Source: an uncultured Desulfosarcina sp.
Lineage (GTDB): Bacteria > Desulfobacterota > Desulfobacteria > Desulfobacterales > Desulfosarcinaceae
Direction: 5' to 3'
DNA length: 64,000 nt
Assembly: GCA_963674945.2 (NCBI GenBank)
Contig: CAXXWQ010000004.1
Coordinates: 1,408,001 to 1,472,000, forward strand
A program made the translations under genes and the position numbers. Below the pieces are notes generated by a model. The model was not told where the DNA came from. It ran no database searches and saw only the letters and a program-made list of their open reading frames with translations. Of this stretch, positions 20,870 through 31,758 are shown piece after piece. Positions within the stretch are counted from its first letter, which is position 1. Each line of letters begins with the position of its first letter.

Positions 20870-21009
20870 GATGCGGTAGGCGGCCGGTGGCCGGGATTTT
20901 CAAACTGCGCCTGGGTGCCCACTTCGGGCCGCATCAGTGAACTGGCCGTGGGATGCTGGTAGGTCTCCGTCTGGGTAGCTGCTTTGCGGGTGGTCCTTTT
21001 GCGCGCCAT
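20870..21009 (-). pseudogene. probable N-terminal fragment of the cognate DNA methyltransferase
   Basis: MARKRT...ETYQHPTASSLMRPEVGTQAQF directly upstream of the Res remnant, then frame decays. Confidence 0.5.
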
Positions 21010-21245
21010 GGCAATTTCCTCAAGCCGTCTTCAAGTAAATCGATTCGTATCTCACGCATTCAATGGCGATCAGGCAAATGGATCATGAGCTATCACTGCT
21101 GTTTGGAAAACGAAATACGATTAAAGATATATCATATTGAGATAAACATTCAAAGTTATGGGATAACGCTTCTAATAAATTGTCGGCCATCGGATCGGCA
21201 AAAAATGGTTGATGCGTACAGATTTTCAAATGCCTGCCGATAAGA

Positions 21246-21842
21246 TTGAATGAAAGAAAACCCATAACAAACAGGCAAAGGAAAATGACCAGAAGACCCC
21301 ATTATCCACACCCCATGAAAAACGCCAGCGGCGGCGCCGTTTTCGTCATCGTGCTTCTGTTGGTTTTCATGTCCATCCTCGGCGGTGGCGGATACGTTGC
21401 CTATACCAAATTCATCAAAAAACCGCCATTACAGACCAAACTCGCCTGTGTAAAAATAAAACCGGAGTTGGTACAGTTCAGCCATGATCTGATATCTCCC
21501 ATACTCTACAACAACATGGTAATGATGGACGATATCTTGGTGATGATGGACAAGGAACTGGATCGTTTGAAGCGGATCGAAAAGAAATATCCCAATCAGG
21601 CAAAAATTGTCACGCCCCAAATCGAGGAACTTTCCGCCGCCCGCGATCGGCTGGGCGAGGCGCTCGAACGGGTGACGGCAAAAATCGAGAAGATCTACGT
21701 CACCTGGCTGGTCAATCAAAGAGACGGTGCCGTTCAGATTCGAGAAAACAGAAGCCTTTTGACCAATCAACTGGCCGAAACCATTCGCGATGAGGCCATG
21801 CTCATCGGCCGGGTCCGCAAGAACAAGGACGCAACCTCCTGA
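21246..21842 (+). CDS. membrane-anchored coiled-coil hypothetical protein
   Basis: single TM followed by helical domain; start uncertain. Confidence 0.7.
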   Translation: MNERKPITNRQRKMTRRPHYPHPMKNASGGAVFVIVLLLVFMSILGGGGYVAYTKFIKKPPLQTKLACVKIKPELVQFSHDLISPILYNNMVMMDDILVMMDKELDRLKRIEKKYPNQAKIVTPQIEELSAARDRLGEALERVTAKIEKIYVTWLVNQRDGAVQIRENRSLLTNQLAETIRDEAMLIGRVRKNKDATS

Positions 21843-21862
21843 CATAGAATTCTGGACGAGCG

Positions 21863-23386
21863 TTACCGGTATGTGCGGTAATCCACACCATACTTTTTCG
21901 CCTTGTAGGCAAATTTTCGTACCGTGGTTTTCAGGATATCCGCGGCAAGGGTGATGTTGCCGCGGGTATTTTTCAACGAATCGATGATCATCTCCTTTTC
22001 CAGTGCGGCCACGGCATCCTCCAAAGAGAGATCCGGCAGGGTTCCGCTCTCCGCTCCCGTCTGCAGGGTGGGAGGAAGATGGTAACTGTGGATGGCACCC
22101 TCCTCACAGAGAAGCACGGCCCGTTCGATGCAATTTTCCAGTTCCCGGACGTTTCCGGGCCAATGGTAGGCCATGAGCATGTCGATGGCCGGGGTGGAGA
22201 GGCGTTTGACCTCCCGCCCGTTCTCTTCTGCATAACGTTCCAGGAAGAAATCGGCCAACAGAAGAATGTCCGTTTTTCGTTCCCGCAAAGGCGGCATGTA
22301 TATGGGAAAAACGTTGAGTCGATAATAGAGATCTCCGCGAAAAGTGCCCTCATCCACCGCTTGTTCCAGGTTCTTATTGGTGGCTGCGATGATACGAACA
22401 TCCACCTTCAGGGTCTTGTGACCCCCGACACGTTCGAATTCCCGCTCCTGTAAAACACGCAACAGGCGAACCTGAACATCGGGCTCGATGCTGCCGATTT
22501 CGTCGAGAAAAATAGTCCCCTTATGGGCCAGTTCGAACCGTCCCATTTTCTGTTTGACGGCACCGGTAAAGGCTCCCTTTTCGTGTCCGAACAACTCGCT
22601 TTCGATGAGGTTGTTGGGAATGGCAGCACAATTGACTTTGACGAAGGGGCCCTTGGACCGGGTGGAGTTGTAATGGATGGAGTTGGCAACCAGTTCCTTT
22701 CCAGTGCCGCTCTCCCCGCGTATCAGTACGGTGGCGTTGCTTCGCGACACCTGACTGATCATCTGGAACACCTCTCTCATCTTGTTGCTGTTGCCGATGA
22801 TGTTGTTGATGCGGTACTTGTTTTCCAACTCGTCCCGAAGGCGTTTGTTCTCGTCCCGGAGCGCTTCCTTCTCAAGATGAATCGTCTCTAAATTGATGGC
22901 ATGGCGGGCCAGCATGGTGGCCACCACGGAGAGCAGTTTTGTGCCTTCGTCCAGCGGGTACTCCGGATCGTATGCCCGGTCCACGCTCAAGGCGCCGACG
23001 ACACGCTTTCCCTTTTGTACGGGAACACAGATGAATGAAATCTCTCCCATCTCCTTGAGTCGGCGGGATGCAGTCCGGTTCAGAAAGTGGGGTTCCTCGC
23101 TGATCTTGGGTATGGCCACGGCCTTGCCGGTCTGGATGACCCGGCCGATGATCCCCTCGCCCAGCTTGTATTTCACCCGATCCATGGCGCTTTTGGAAAG
23201 GCTGTGGGCCACTTCGATACTGATTTCATTGCGAAGTGGATTGAGGATCGATACGGTTCCACGTTCCATCTGCATGAAGTTGGAAAGAAGATCCAAGACC
23301 TTGAACATGGCTTTCTTCAGGTCCAGGTGCTCGTTGAGGGCATTGGATATCTCGTACAAGAGGGTGACCTGTTCAATGGTATTCAT
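21863..23386 (-). CDS. GAF-domain sigma-54 transcriptional activator (NifA-like architecture)
   Basis: [27 protein letters not shown], Fis-type HTH. Confidence 0.9.
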   Translation of the reverse strand: MNTIEQVTLLYEISNALNEHLDLKKAMFKVLDLLSNFMQMERGTVSILNPLRNEISIEVAHSLSKSAMDRVKYKLGEGIIGRVIQTGKAVAIPKISEEPHFLNRTASRRLKEMGEISFICVPVQKGKRVVGALSVDRAYDPEYPLDEGTKLLSVVATMLARHAINLETIHLEKEALRDENKRLRDELENKYRINNIIGNSNKMREVFQMISQVSRSNATVLIRGESGTGKELVANSIHYNSTRSKGPFVKVNCAAIPNNLIESELFGHEKGAFTGAVKQKMGRFELAHKGTIFLDEIGSIEPDVQVRLLRVLQEREFERVGGHKTLKVDVRIIAATNKNLEQAVDEGTFRGDLYYRLNVFPIYMPPLRERKTDILLLADFFLERYAEENGREVKRLSTPAIDMLMAYHWPGNVRELENCIERAVLLCEEGAIHSYHLPPTLQTGAESGTLPDLSLEDAVAALEKEMIIDSLKNTRGNITLAADILKTTVRKFAYKAKKYGVDYRTYR

Positions 23387-23642
23387 TGTGTATCCTTTGG
23401 GTGTCCAGTCCGATCAGCGCATTTCGGGTCAGCATTTATCGGGTGCCAATCCATATGGAATGTGGCCGCGTCGGCCAACATCGGCATTGTATTGTGTCTA
23501 TGCTAAAATAAGTTTGCCTACAACATTTTTGTAATATTTTGCAACCCCATTGACGAAGATCGCCAATTTTTTACTACATGTAAAACCTTTTCCAGGCCGT
23601 AGACGGCCAAAGAGTGTTACGAAAGAAACCCGTTCTACGTTG

Positions 23643-23671
23643 TTGAATCGAATACCGACCGAGCGTATAAT
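23643..23671 (+). promoter_or_regulatory. sigma-70-like promoter of dinB
   Basis: TTGAAT-N17-TATAAT ending 6 nt before the ATG. Confidence 0.6.
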
Positions 23672-23677
23672 GATTCG

Positions 23678-24853
23678 ATGATTTTTCATATCGACATGGA
23701 TGCATTCTTCGCATCGGTGGAACAAAAAGATTTCCCGGACCTTTCCGGAAACCCCCTGGTGGTGGGGGGCAAATCGGGGCGGGGAGTGGTGGCGGCGGCC
23801 AGTTACGAGGCGCGCCGATACGGCATTCACAGTGCCATGCCCATCTTTATGGCCCGACAGCGCTGTCCCGGTCTCATCATCGTTCCCCCGCGCAAACACC
23901 GATACAAAGAGGTTTCCCGGTCGATCATGGCCATCCTCGGCCGATATTCACCCATCGTGGAACAGGTCTCCATCGATGAGGCATATATGGACGCCGCCGG
24001 CTGCCATCGGCTGTTCGGCCCTGCCGAAGAGATGGCACGTGCCATCAAGGACGAAATTTATGCAAAAACCGCCCTGACCTGCTCCATCGGCGTGGCACCA
24101 CTGAAATTCCTGGCAAAAATCGCATCGGACATGAAAAAGCCCGACGGGCTGACCGTCATCCATGATGAGGACGTACCCGATTTTATCTTTTCTTTGCCCG
24201 TAGAAAAGGTGCAAGGCGTTGGAAAAAACGCATTTCAGCAATTGCGACAATTGGGCATCACTACCCTTGGAGATGTCAGGCGTTTCGAGACAGACGCATT
24301 GGTAAAACGACTGGGCATATACGGTCATCGGCTGATGGATCTCGCCTGCGGTCGAGATTCATCGACCGTAACACCGCACAGGCCCACAAAATCCATCTCC
24401 ACGGAACGGACCCTTTCCGCTGATACCCGCGACCGGAAACAATTGAGACAGCACCTGCTGTCCCAGAGTCAGGAGGTGGGCCGCCAGCTTCGCCACCAGG
24501 GTTTTCTGGCCCGCACCATCACACTAAAATTGAAGGACGCCGATTTCAGACAGATTACCCGCAGTGTTACCATCGATCATGCCACCCAGTGTTCCCAGCG
24601 CATCTATCAAATGGCCGAGACCTTGCTTTCGGGACAGGAAATTGATAACCCCATCCGGCTCATCGGCATCGGTGCGTCGGCATTGATCCGGGACACGGAA
24701 CCGATACAGATGTCCTTGTTTTCCCAGGCCACCCAACCAGTGAATCGATGGGACGAAATTGACAGGACCGTGGATCGAATCACCGAACGCTTCGGCAATT
24801 GCGCCGTTCACCGTGGTTCCCTCTCGCCAGTCGATGACATATCCATGGATTGA
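23678..24853 (+). CDS. dinB: DNA polymerase IV
   Basis: HIDMDAFFASVE, SYEAR, SIDEAY, LAKIASD. Confidence 0.95.
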   Translation: MIFHIDMDAFFASVEQKDFPDLSGNPLVVGGKSGRGVVAAASYEARRYGIHSAMPIFMARQRCPGLIIVPPRKHRYKEVSRSIMAILGRYSPIVEQVSIDEAYMDAAGCHRLFGPAEEMARAIKDEIYAKTALTCSIGVAPLKFLAKIASDMKKPDGLTVIHDEDVPDFIFSLPVEKVQGVGKNAFQQLRQLGITTLGDVRRFETDALVKRLGIYGHRLMDLACGRDSSTVTPHRPTKSISTERTLSADTRDRKQLRQHLLSQSQEVGRQLRHQGFLARTITLKLKDADFRQITRSVTIDHATQCSQRIYQMAETLLSGQEIDNPIRLIGIGASALIRDTEPIQMSLFSQATQPVNRWDEIDRTVDRITERFGNCAVHRGSLSPVDDISMD

Positions 24854-24881
24854 CGTTTTTTCGGAAGGAGGAAAAATACCG

Positions 24882-25955
24882 ATGAAAGAGTTTAAAACGG
24901 AGGTGGTCGAAGCATTGTCCAATGCCAACGGCATATCGGGATTCGAGGACGACGTCCTGGCCGTTGTCAGACGATTTGCCAAAAAATCCATCCACATCGA
25001 GGAAGACACACTTCGAAACCTCTACATGCGACGCAGCGAGAACGCAGGCAACCGGCCCATGGTGATGGTCGATGGCCACAGCGATGAAGTGGGTTTCATG
25101 GTGCAGTCCGTCTCCAAGAACGGCACACTGAAATTCGTACCCATGGGAGGCTGGATGGCCCAGGTGGCCATGGGGCAGAAAGTTCGGGTGATGAACCAGC
25201 ACGGAGGGACGGTCTTTGGCGTGATTGCCGCCAAACCACCCCACTTCGTAAAACCGGAAGAGAAAAACAAACTCGTTGAAATGGACCAGATGTTCATCGA
25301 TGTGGGCGCCACCTCCAAAGAGGAGGTGGTATCACAAATCGGTATCGCGCCCGGCGCACCTGTGGTACCGGATGTATGGTTCTCCTTCGATGAAGGCAAG
25401 GGGATCATGATGGGAAAGGCTTTCGATTGCCGCCTTGGTTGCGCCGCCGTGATCCAGACCCTCAACCGTTTGGAAGGGCAAACCCTTTCGGTGGATGTCG
25501 TTGGCACCCTCTCCGCCCAGGAGGAGGTGGGCCTTCGGGGGGCACAGGTATCGGCCAGGCGCGTCAAACCGGATGTGGCCATCATCTTCGAGGGAACACC
25601 GGCCGACGACATTTTCAAAGAGGGTGACCAGGCCCAGGCCGTGCTGAAAAAGGGTCCGCAGATCCGCCACCGGGACAACTCCATGGTGGCCAACCCCAGG
25701 TTCGTTCGATTCGCCCGTGAAATCGCCCGAAAGGCGAAAATCCCCTTTCAGGATGCGGTCAGGGAGAGCGGCGGAACCAACGGCGGCATGGTGAATCTTG
25801 CCGGCCAGGGCGTACCGGTTGTAGTACTGGGTGTTCCGGTACGGTATATTCATGCCCCCCACGGCATCGCTGCCATACACGATCTCAAATGGGCGGTGGA
25901 CTGGGCCTGCGCATTGATCGAAAATCTCGATGAAGATGTTATCAAAGGGTTTTGA
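24882..25955 (+). CDS. M42 family aminopeptidase
   Basis: [25 protein letters not shown]. Confidence 0.9.
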   Translation: MKEFKTEVVEALSNANGISGFEDDVLAVVRRFAKKSIHIEEDTLRNLYMRRSENAGNRPMVMVDGHSDEVGFMVQSVSKNGTLKFVPMGGWMAQVAMGQKVRVMNQHGGTVFGVIAAKPPHFVKPEEKNKLVEMDQMFIDVGATSKEEVVSQIGIAPGAPVVPDVWFSFDEGKGIMMGKAFDCRLGCAAVIQTLNRLEGQTLSVDVVGTLSAQEEVGLRGAQVSARRVKPDVAIIFEGTPADDIFKEGDQAQAVLKKGPQIRHRDNSMVANPRFVRFAREIARKAKIPFQDAVRESGGTNGGMVNLAGQGVPVVVLGVPVRYIHAPHGIAAIHDLKWAVDWACALIENLDEDVIKGF

Positions 25956-26793
25956 TCATCATATCTTTCAGCATCCGGATCTCCTCGGCCCATCTTTTCT
26001 CATCCGGGGTCTCCAGGATAAGGGGCATATCGTCGAATCGCGGATCGTTCATGATCATCTGAAACGGTGAAAGTCCCAAGGTTCCCTTTCCCAGGCTTTC
26101 ATGGCGATCCACGCGGCTGCCCAGGATCTTCTTTCCATCGTTCAGGTGAACTCCCCGTAAAAAGTGAAATCCCACCACCTTATCGAACCGGTCCAGGGTC
26201 TCTTCGTACCCCTCGCGGGTCACCAGGTCATAGCCGGCCGAGAAGCTGTGACAGGTATCCAGGCACACCCCCACCCGGGATGAATCGGTAACCTTTTCGA
26301 TAATCTCGGCCAGATGTTCGAAACAATACCCCACATTGGTACCCTGGCCGGCGGTGTTCTCGATCACGGCGGTCACGCCCCTTGTTTCGGCCAGGGCCAG
26401 GTTGATGGATTCGGCGATGCGGGCCAGGCACGCGCTTTCGGAAATCTTGTTCAGGTGGCTGCCCGGATGAAAATTGAGATAGACCAGTCCCAGCTGTTGG
26501 CAGCGGGTCATCTCGTCGATAAAGGCGTCGCGAGATTTTTCCAGCCCCTCTGCTTCCGGGTGACCGAGGTTGATCAGGTAACTGTCATGGGGAAGAATGG
26601 TTTCCGGTCCGTACCCGGCCTCGGCGCAATTTTTCTTGAACGCTGCAATGGACGCCTCTGTCAGCGGCTTGGCCTTCCACTGGCGCTGGTTCTTGGTAAA
26701 CAGGGCAAAGGCGGTGGCACCGATCTTTTTGGCATTCAAGGGAGCGTTTTCCACACCGCCGGCTGCGCTCACATGGGCGCCGATATATTTCAT
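25942..26793 (-). CDS. nfo: endonuclease IV
   Basis: [38 protein letters not shown]. Confidence 0.95.
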   Translation of the reverse strand: MKYIGAHVSAAGGVENAPLNAKKIGATAFALFTKNQRQWKAKPLTEASIAAFKKNCAEAGYGPETILPHDSYLINLGHPEAEGLEKSRDAFIDEMTRCQQLGLVYLNFHPGSHLNKISESACLARIAESINLALAETRGVTAVIENTAGQGTNVGYCFEHLAEIIEKVTDSSRVGVCLDTCHSFSAGYDLVTREGYEETLDRFDKVVGFHFLRGVHLNDGKKILGSRVDRHESLGKGTLGLSPFQMIMNDPRFDDMPLILETPDEKRWAEEIRMLKDMMIKTL

Positions 26794-27503
26794 GGTACAA
26801 GTTCCCTCTTTGGTTGAAAGATCCGTCCATGGAACTGTCGTGAAAATGTGTCTTCGCATTCTCGAACCGCCCCAAGAAACCGTCCGACCTTTTCCGGGTC
26901 TTTCCGACCGGGGGATGCCTCCACACCGGAACTCACATCCACGGCGGCGGGCAATGCGGCGGAGATGGCTTCGGCCACGTTGTCCGGTGAAAGGCCGCCC
27001 GCCAGGACCAATGGATACCGTTGCCCGAATTCTCTGGCAGCCCCCCAATCCCAAACCACGGCATTTCCTCCCGGAAGCGGTCCTTTGGAACACTCCACCA
27101 GGTATCCATTTACACGAAATGCGGCGGCCGCCGACAGATCCGGCACGCCATCCACGAACAGCGCCTTGATCACGGTTACCCCCTGCGATCTCAATCGCTT
27201 TGCCAGGCCCGGCGCCTCCTTTCCGTGCAACTGCACCACCGACAGGTTGCAGTGCTCCACTTGGGTCATGATCCCATCGTAGTCGGCATCCACAAAAACC
27301 CCCACCGTGGCCACCGATTTCGGCAGCGCCGCAACAATGGCCTTTGCCTGGCCCGTGTCGACATTTCGGGGACTCTTGGGGAAAAAGACCAACCCGATGG
27401 CGTCGACACCGGCCTCGGCGCAATACACCGCCTCGTCGGGCCGGGTCAGTCCGCAAATCTTTACCTGGATCGAGGATGTTGAATCAAACGTTTTAGAAGC
27501 CAT
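26790..27503 (-). CDS. trpF: phosphoribosylanthranilate isomerase
   Basis: [30 protein letters not shown]. Confidence 0.93.
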   Translation of the reverse strand: MASKTFDSTSSIQVKICGLTRPDEAVYCAEAGVDAIGLVFFPKSPRNVDTGQAKAIVAALPKSVATVGVFVDADYDGIMTQVEHCNLSVVQLHGKEAPGLAKRLRSQGVTVIKALFVDGVPDLSAAAAFRVNGYLVECSKGPLPGGNAVVWDWGAAREFGQRYPLVLAGGLSPDNVAEAISAALPAAVDVSSGVEASPGRKDPEKVGRFLGAVRECEDTFSRQFHGRIFQPKRELVP

Positions 27504-27512
27504 AATGTTTTC

Positions 27513-28310
27513 TTATGGACCCTTTTCCATTAGCCGTTGGATAAATCCCACCGGATCACCGGATCGAACGATGCTCTCGCCCACCAGAAAGTTGAAAATA
27601 CCGGCATCGAGGTTTTTTTGGATGTCGCCGTGCCCCGAAATTCCAGATGCGGCCACGGCCACCTGATCCGAAGCCAGCCGGGAGACCATGTTCATGGCCA
27701 CGGAAATGTCCGTATGAAAACTTTTCAGGTTGCGGTTGTTGATACCCACCAGTCGGACGCCCGAATCCGCCACCATGGCCGCGTCTTGTGGCGTGTGGAT
27801 CTCCACCAGGGCATCCATTTTCAGATCACGGCACAGGGCATACAACTCCGCCAGCTTCTCTTTTGTCAGGATCCGTGCAATCAACAAGATGGCATCGGCA
27901 CCGGCTGCCGCGGCCTCGACCACCTGGTAGGAATCGATGATGAATTCTTTTCTCAGCACGGGTATACTGCAGGCGGCCCTTGCCTTTTTCAGGTCATCGA
28001 GGCTTCCCTTGAAAAATGAGGAATCCGTGAGTACCGAAATGGCGGCGGCTCCCCCCTTATCGTAGTTCTCGGCGAAAGCGGCAGCATCCAGGTCAACGCA
28101 AATGTCGCCTTTGGAAGGCGAAGCCCGCTTGATTTCGGCGATGATGTTCACGCCGGTTTCACCGGGCCGGCACAAGGTTTGGAAAAAGGGACGAAAATCC
28201 GTCCGTTCTCTGGCCTGGTCCATCAGTCGGTCTTCCGATACAACCGATCGGGCCTTTTCGATTTCCCGTTCCTTCTGTTGTACGATGTTTTCTAAAATGT
28301 CAGTGGCCAT
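27513..28310 (-). CDS. trpC: indole-3-glycerol phosphate synthase
   Basis: IAEIKRASPSKG, ISVLTD, GINNRNL. Confidence 0.95.
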   Translation of the reverse strand: MATDILENIVQQKEREIEKARSVVSEDRLMDQARERTDFRPFFQTLCRPGETGVNIIAEIKRASPSKGDICVDLDAAAFAENYDKGGAAAISVLTDSSFFKGSLDDLKKARAACSIPVLRKEFIIDSYQVVEAAAAGADAILLIARILTKEKLAELYALCRDLKMDALVEIHTPQDAAMVADSGVRLVGINNRNLKSFHTDISVAMNMVSRLASDQVAVAASGISGHGDIQKNLDAGIFNFLVGESIVRSGDPVGFIQRLMEKGP

Positions 28311-28402
28311 GAAGATCTATCCAAAGGGCAGCGGTCAGCCTTTAGCGAATCGCTCAAATTAAGTCTTCTCTCTTGTGATGAAAAACTGATCGACGTCGAT
28401 GC

Positions 28403-29419
28403 CTACCCGTTGTTTTGTGTATAGTCAACGAGAGCAGTAAGCTTCTCCATCGCCGCGCCGCTGTCGATGGCCTGCGCGGCCATGGCGATGCCATCTTTCA
28501 GGTCCTGGACTTTCCGGCACGCCACCAGTGCGGCGGCGGAATTGAGAACGACCACATTCCGTTTGGGACCGGAATCACCGGACAGGATCTTTCGGGTAAT
28601 GTCCGCATTCTCGGACGGATCGCCGCCAACCATCTCCGCCGGCTCGGCGCGCTCTCCAAAGAATTGTTCCGGATAGATATCGAAGGTTCGGATCATGTCG
28701 TTTTCCAGTTGGGAAACACGGGTGGGGGCGCATACGGAAATTTCGTCCAGACCGTCGTGACCGTGAACCACATAGGCGCTTTTCGCACCCAGAAGGCGAA
28801 GGGCTTCGGCGAACATTTCGGTGAGTTGGGGAGCAAAAACACCCAACAGCTGGCAGCCGGCACCGGCCGGATTGGTCAACGGTCCAAGCATGTTGAAGAT
28901 ACTTCTTACGCCCACCTCCATACGCGCCTTGGCCGCATGGCGCATGGCACTGTGGTAGAGGGGAGCGAAGAGAAAACCGATGCCGATCTCGTTGACCGCC
29001 TCTTCCACAACCTCGGGATCCGTGTCCAACTTGATGCCCAGGGTTTCCAGCACGTCGGCACTGCCACATTTGGACGAAACACTGCGGTTTCCATGCTTGG
29101 CCACGGTTACGCCGCAACCGGCCACGACAAAAGCGGTGGTGGTGGAAATATTGAACGTCTGAAGTCCGTCGCCGCCCGTACCGCAGGTATCCACCACCGG
29201 TGATGCGGCCACCTGGATGCGATGGGCTTTTCTGCGCATGGCCCGTGCCGCACCGGCCAACTCCTCGAAGGTCTCTCCCTTGGTGGCGAGAGCCGCCATC
29301 ATGGCAGCCACCTGCGTATCGGTGGTCTTTCCGTCAAAAATGTCGGCCATCATCTCGGCCATCTGGGATTCGGTTAAATCGGTTCCATTGATAATGGTAG
29401 CAAGGTGGTCTTTGAACAT
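28403..29419 (-). CDS. trpD: anthranilate phosphoribosyltransferase
   Basis: DTCGTGGD, KHGNRSVSSKCGSADVLE. Confidence 0.95.
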   Translation of the reverse strand: MFKDHLATIINGTDLTESQMAEMMADIFDGKTTDTQVAAMMAALATKGETFEELAGAARAMRRKAHRIQVAASPVVDTCGTGGDGLQTFNISTTTAFVVAGCGVTVAKHGNRSVSSKCGSADVLETLGIKLDTDPEVVEEAVNEIGIGFLFAPLYHSAMRHAAKARMEVGVRSIFNMLGPLTNPAGAGCQLLGVFAPQLTEMFAEALRLLGAKSAYVVHGHDGLDEISVCAPTRVSQLENDMIRTFDIYPEQFFGERAEPAEMVGGDPSENADITRKILSGDSGPKRNVVVLNSAAALVACRKVQDLKDGIAMAAQAIDSGAAMEKLTALVDYTQNNG

Positions 29420-29460
29420 GGTAAACATCTCCTTTTTGTCCATCCGGAGACGGACAATCG

Positions 29461-30036
29461 TTACGCATCGGGAATCATTTTCAGAAAATTTCGCAACAGC
29501 CGCTTTCCCACCGGGGTCATGATGGATTCGGGATGAAATTGAATGCCCTCGGTGGGGTGGGTACGATGGCGCAGCCCCATGATTTCCCCATCTTCCGAAG
29601 TGGCGGTTACCGTAAGGCACTCCGGCAGACTCTCTCTTTCCACCGCCAGGCTGTGATAGCGCATGGCCTGAAAGGCCTTTTGGATTCCGGTGAAAATCCC
29701 CTTTCCGTCTCCGGTAATTTCCGAGGTCTTTCCGTGCATCAGCCGTTTCGCGGCGATCACCGCGCCACCGAAGGCATGGGCAATGGACTGGTGCCCCAGA
29801 CAGACGCCGAGGATGGGGATATGGCCGGAAAATTTCGCAATCACATCCAAGGAGATGCCCGCAGAGGCGGGACGACCCGGTCCCGGTGAGATGACGATGG
29901 CCGCAGGCGACAGGGTTTGGATTTCGCCCACGGTGATCGCATCGTTCCGCGCCACGCGCACGTCTTCCCCGATCTGCCTGAGATATTGAACGAGGTTGTA
30001 GGTAAACGAATCGTAATTGTCGATCATGAGAATCAT
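29461..30036 (-). CDS. trpG: anthranilate synthase component II
   Basis: IDNYDSFTYNL, SPGPG, GVCLGHQ, QFHPES. Confidence 0.93.
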   Translation of the reverse strand: MILMIDNYDSFTYNLVQYLRQIGEDVRVARNDAITVGEIQTLSPAAIVISPGPGRPASAGISLDVIAKFSGHIPILGVCLGHQSIAHAFGGAVIAAKRLMHGKTSEITGDGKGIFTGIQKAFQAMRYHSLAVERESLPECLTVTATSEDGEIMGLRHRTHPTEGIQFHPESIMTPVGKRLLRNFLKMIPDA

Positions 30037-31541
30037 GATGTCACCCCTTTCTTCGGATGGATGAGTTCCAGGGCCCGTTGAATGGCCATTGCCTTGTTGA
30101 TCGTTTCCATCCGTTCGGTCTCCGGGTCCGAGTCGGCCACGATACCCGCGCCTGCACGAACGGTAAGGACGCCGTTTTCGATGCATGCCGTCCGAATGGT
30201 AATGGCCAGGTCCATGTTGCCGGAAAACGATACATACCCCACCGCCCCGCCATACGGTCCCCGGGGACTTTGTTCCAGTTCATCGATGATCTCCATGGCA
30301 CGAACCTTGGGGGCCCCGGAGAGTGTGCCCGCCGGAAACGAAGCGCGCAACAGGTCCCAGGCGTCATGCCTGTCCTCCAGATCGCAGTTGATGTTGGAGA
30401 CCAGGTGCATGACGTGGCTGTACCGTTCCACCACCATCAGGTCCGTCACCTGGACCGTGCCGGTCTGGGCCACGCGTCCCAGATCGTTCCGCCCTAAATC
30501 CACCAGCATCAGGTGCTCGGCGCGCTCCTTTTCATCGGCCAGAAGCTCGGCGGCGAGCGCCCGGTCTTCCTGCTCGCTCCTTCCCCTGGGACGGGTGCCG
30601 GCGATGGGCCGCAGGGTGGCGACGCGGTTTTCCAGCCGTACCATGGTTTCCGGTGAAGAGCCCACCAGCGCCATCCCGTCGAAATGAAAAAAGTACAGAT
30701 AGGGAGAGGGATTTACGTACCGCTGGGAACGATACAAGGAGATGACCTCTTCGGGTGCGCCGCATTCGAAGGGCTGGGATATGACCGTTTGGATCACATC
30801 GCCATCTTGAATATACGCTTTCACTCTCTTCACCTGAGACCGGAAGGCCTCCGGTGCGATCACAGGGGTGATGACAAGTTGTTTTTCGCCGTCAATCGGT
30901 ACCGAATCCACCACGGCTTTCGTCATCTTTCGTTCCATGACATCGAGCCGGGCGAGGGTGTCGTCATAGGCCTTGCCCATATCGGCAAAATCATCGATAA
31001 AGGCGATGGCCACACAAATCAAGGTGTTTTTGATGTTATCGAATATCAGCAGTTCGTCACAGAGCATGAAATGGGCAAGGGGTTGGTCCGCCGGCAGCCG
31101 GTTTGGAATTTTCTCGAAAAAAGAAACCATCTCATAGGTGAGATACCCCACCAGTCCGCCCCAGAATCTGGGAAGATCGGTCACCTGCGCCGGTTTGAAC
31201 CGGCCCATGAAGTCCCGGAGGGTGGCAAGGGGATCACCGCCATGGTCGATCCTCTCCTCCCGGCCGTTTTTGGCGATCATGACCCGATCGGAAAAGACCC
31301 GCACCTGGCTTTTTGCCGAAATTCCCAGGAAACTATAGCGGCCCCATTTTTCCCCCCCCTCCACACTTTCCAGAAGAAAGATGGGTGTTTGCGGCCCCGA
31401 ACCATTGCCATCGTAACATTTCTTTAAAAGCGATACGGGCGTCTCCATATCCGCCAGAATCTCACGACAGGCGGGAATCACATTACAGGTACGGGCCATT
31501 TGATCAAACTGCGCCCGCGTGGGAAATGCCTTGAGTCTCAT
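30033..31541 (-). CDS. trpE: anthranilate synthase component I
   Basis: LLESVE, NPSPY, EHLMLVDLGRND, PAGTLSGAPK. Confidence 0.95.
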   Translation of the reverse strand: MRLKAFPTRAQFDQMARTCNVIPACREILADMETPVSLLKKCYDGNGSGPQTPIFLLESVEGGEKWGRYSFLGISAKSQVRVFSDRVMIAKNGREERIDHGGDPLATLRDFMGRFKPAQVTDLPRFWGGLVGYLTYEMVSFFEKIPNRLPADQPLAHFMLCDELLIFDNIKNTLICVAIAFIDDFADMGKAYDDTLARLDVMERKMTKAVVDSVPIDGEKQLVITPVIAPEAFRSQVKRVKAYIQDGDVIQTVISQPFECGAPEEVISLYRSQRYVNPSPYLYFFHFDGMALVGSSPETMVRLENRVATLRPIAGTRPRGRSEQEDRALAAELLADEKERAEHLMLVDLGRNDLGRVAQTGTVQVTDLMVVERYSHVMHLVSNINCDLEDRHDAWDLLRASFPAGTLSGAPKVRAMEIIDELEQSPRGPYGGAVGYVSFSGNMDLAITIRTACIENGVLTVRAGAGIVADSDPETERMETINKAMAIQRALELIHPKKGVTS

Positions 31542-31562
31542 CGTTTCTCCTTCGTTTCCAAT

Positions 31563-31593
31563 AAAAAAGGCCGCGGTGACACCCACGACCTTT
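31563..31593 (-). terminator. trp attenuator terminator
   Basis: AAGGTCGTGG-gtgtca-CCGCGGCCTT hairpin running into a T tract, between leader peptide and trpE. Confidence 0.75.
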
Positions 31594-31653
31594 ATCTCTT
31601 GCCATCGCGGGCATCGAACGATGTGCCCGCGATCCTTATTTTTCCTTGCGTGT

Positions 31654-31758
31654 TTACCGAAACGGGATCCGAAGGGCACTATGACGGGGCCATCGCCACC
31701 ACAGCCACGCGTCGCACATCCCGAGATGGAAGCTACTGCATGCCCTTGTCAAATCCAT
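31654..31758 (-). CDS. trpL: trp operon leader peptide
   Basis: aggag RBS, MDLTRACSSFHLGMCDAWLWWRWPRHSALRIPFR with 4 Trp in 6 codons. Confidence 0.8.
   Translation of the reverse strand: MDLTRACSSFHLGMCDAWLWWRWPRHSALRIPFR

Noticed and set aside
21863..23386. nifA and a nitrogen-fixation locus (with the NifB/X gene at 38690)
   Set aside because: Domain architectures are generic and there are no nif structural genes nearby
26794..27456. Long N-terminal extension of nfo (504-aa ORF)
   Set aside because: Overlaps trpF in another frame; Nfo similarity starts at ATG 26793
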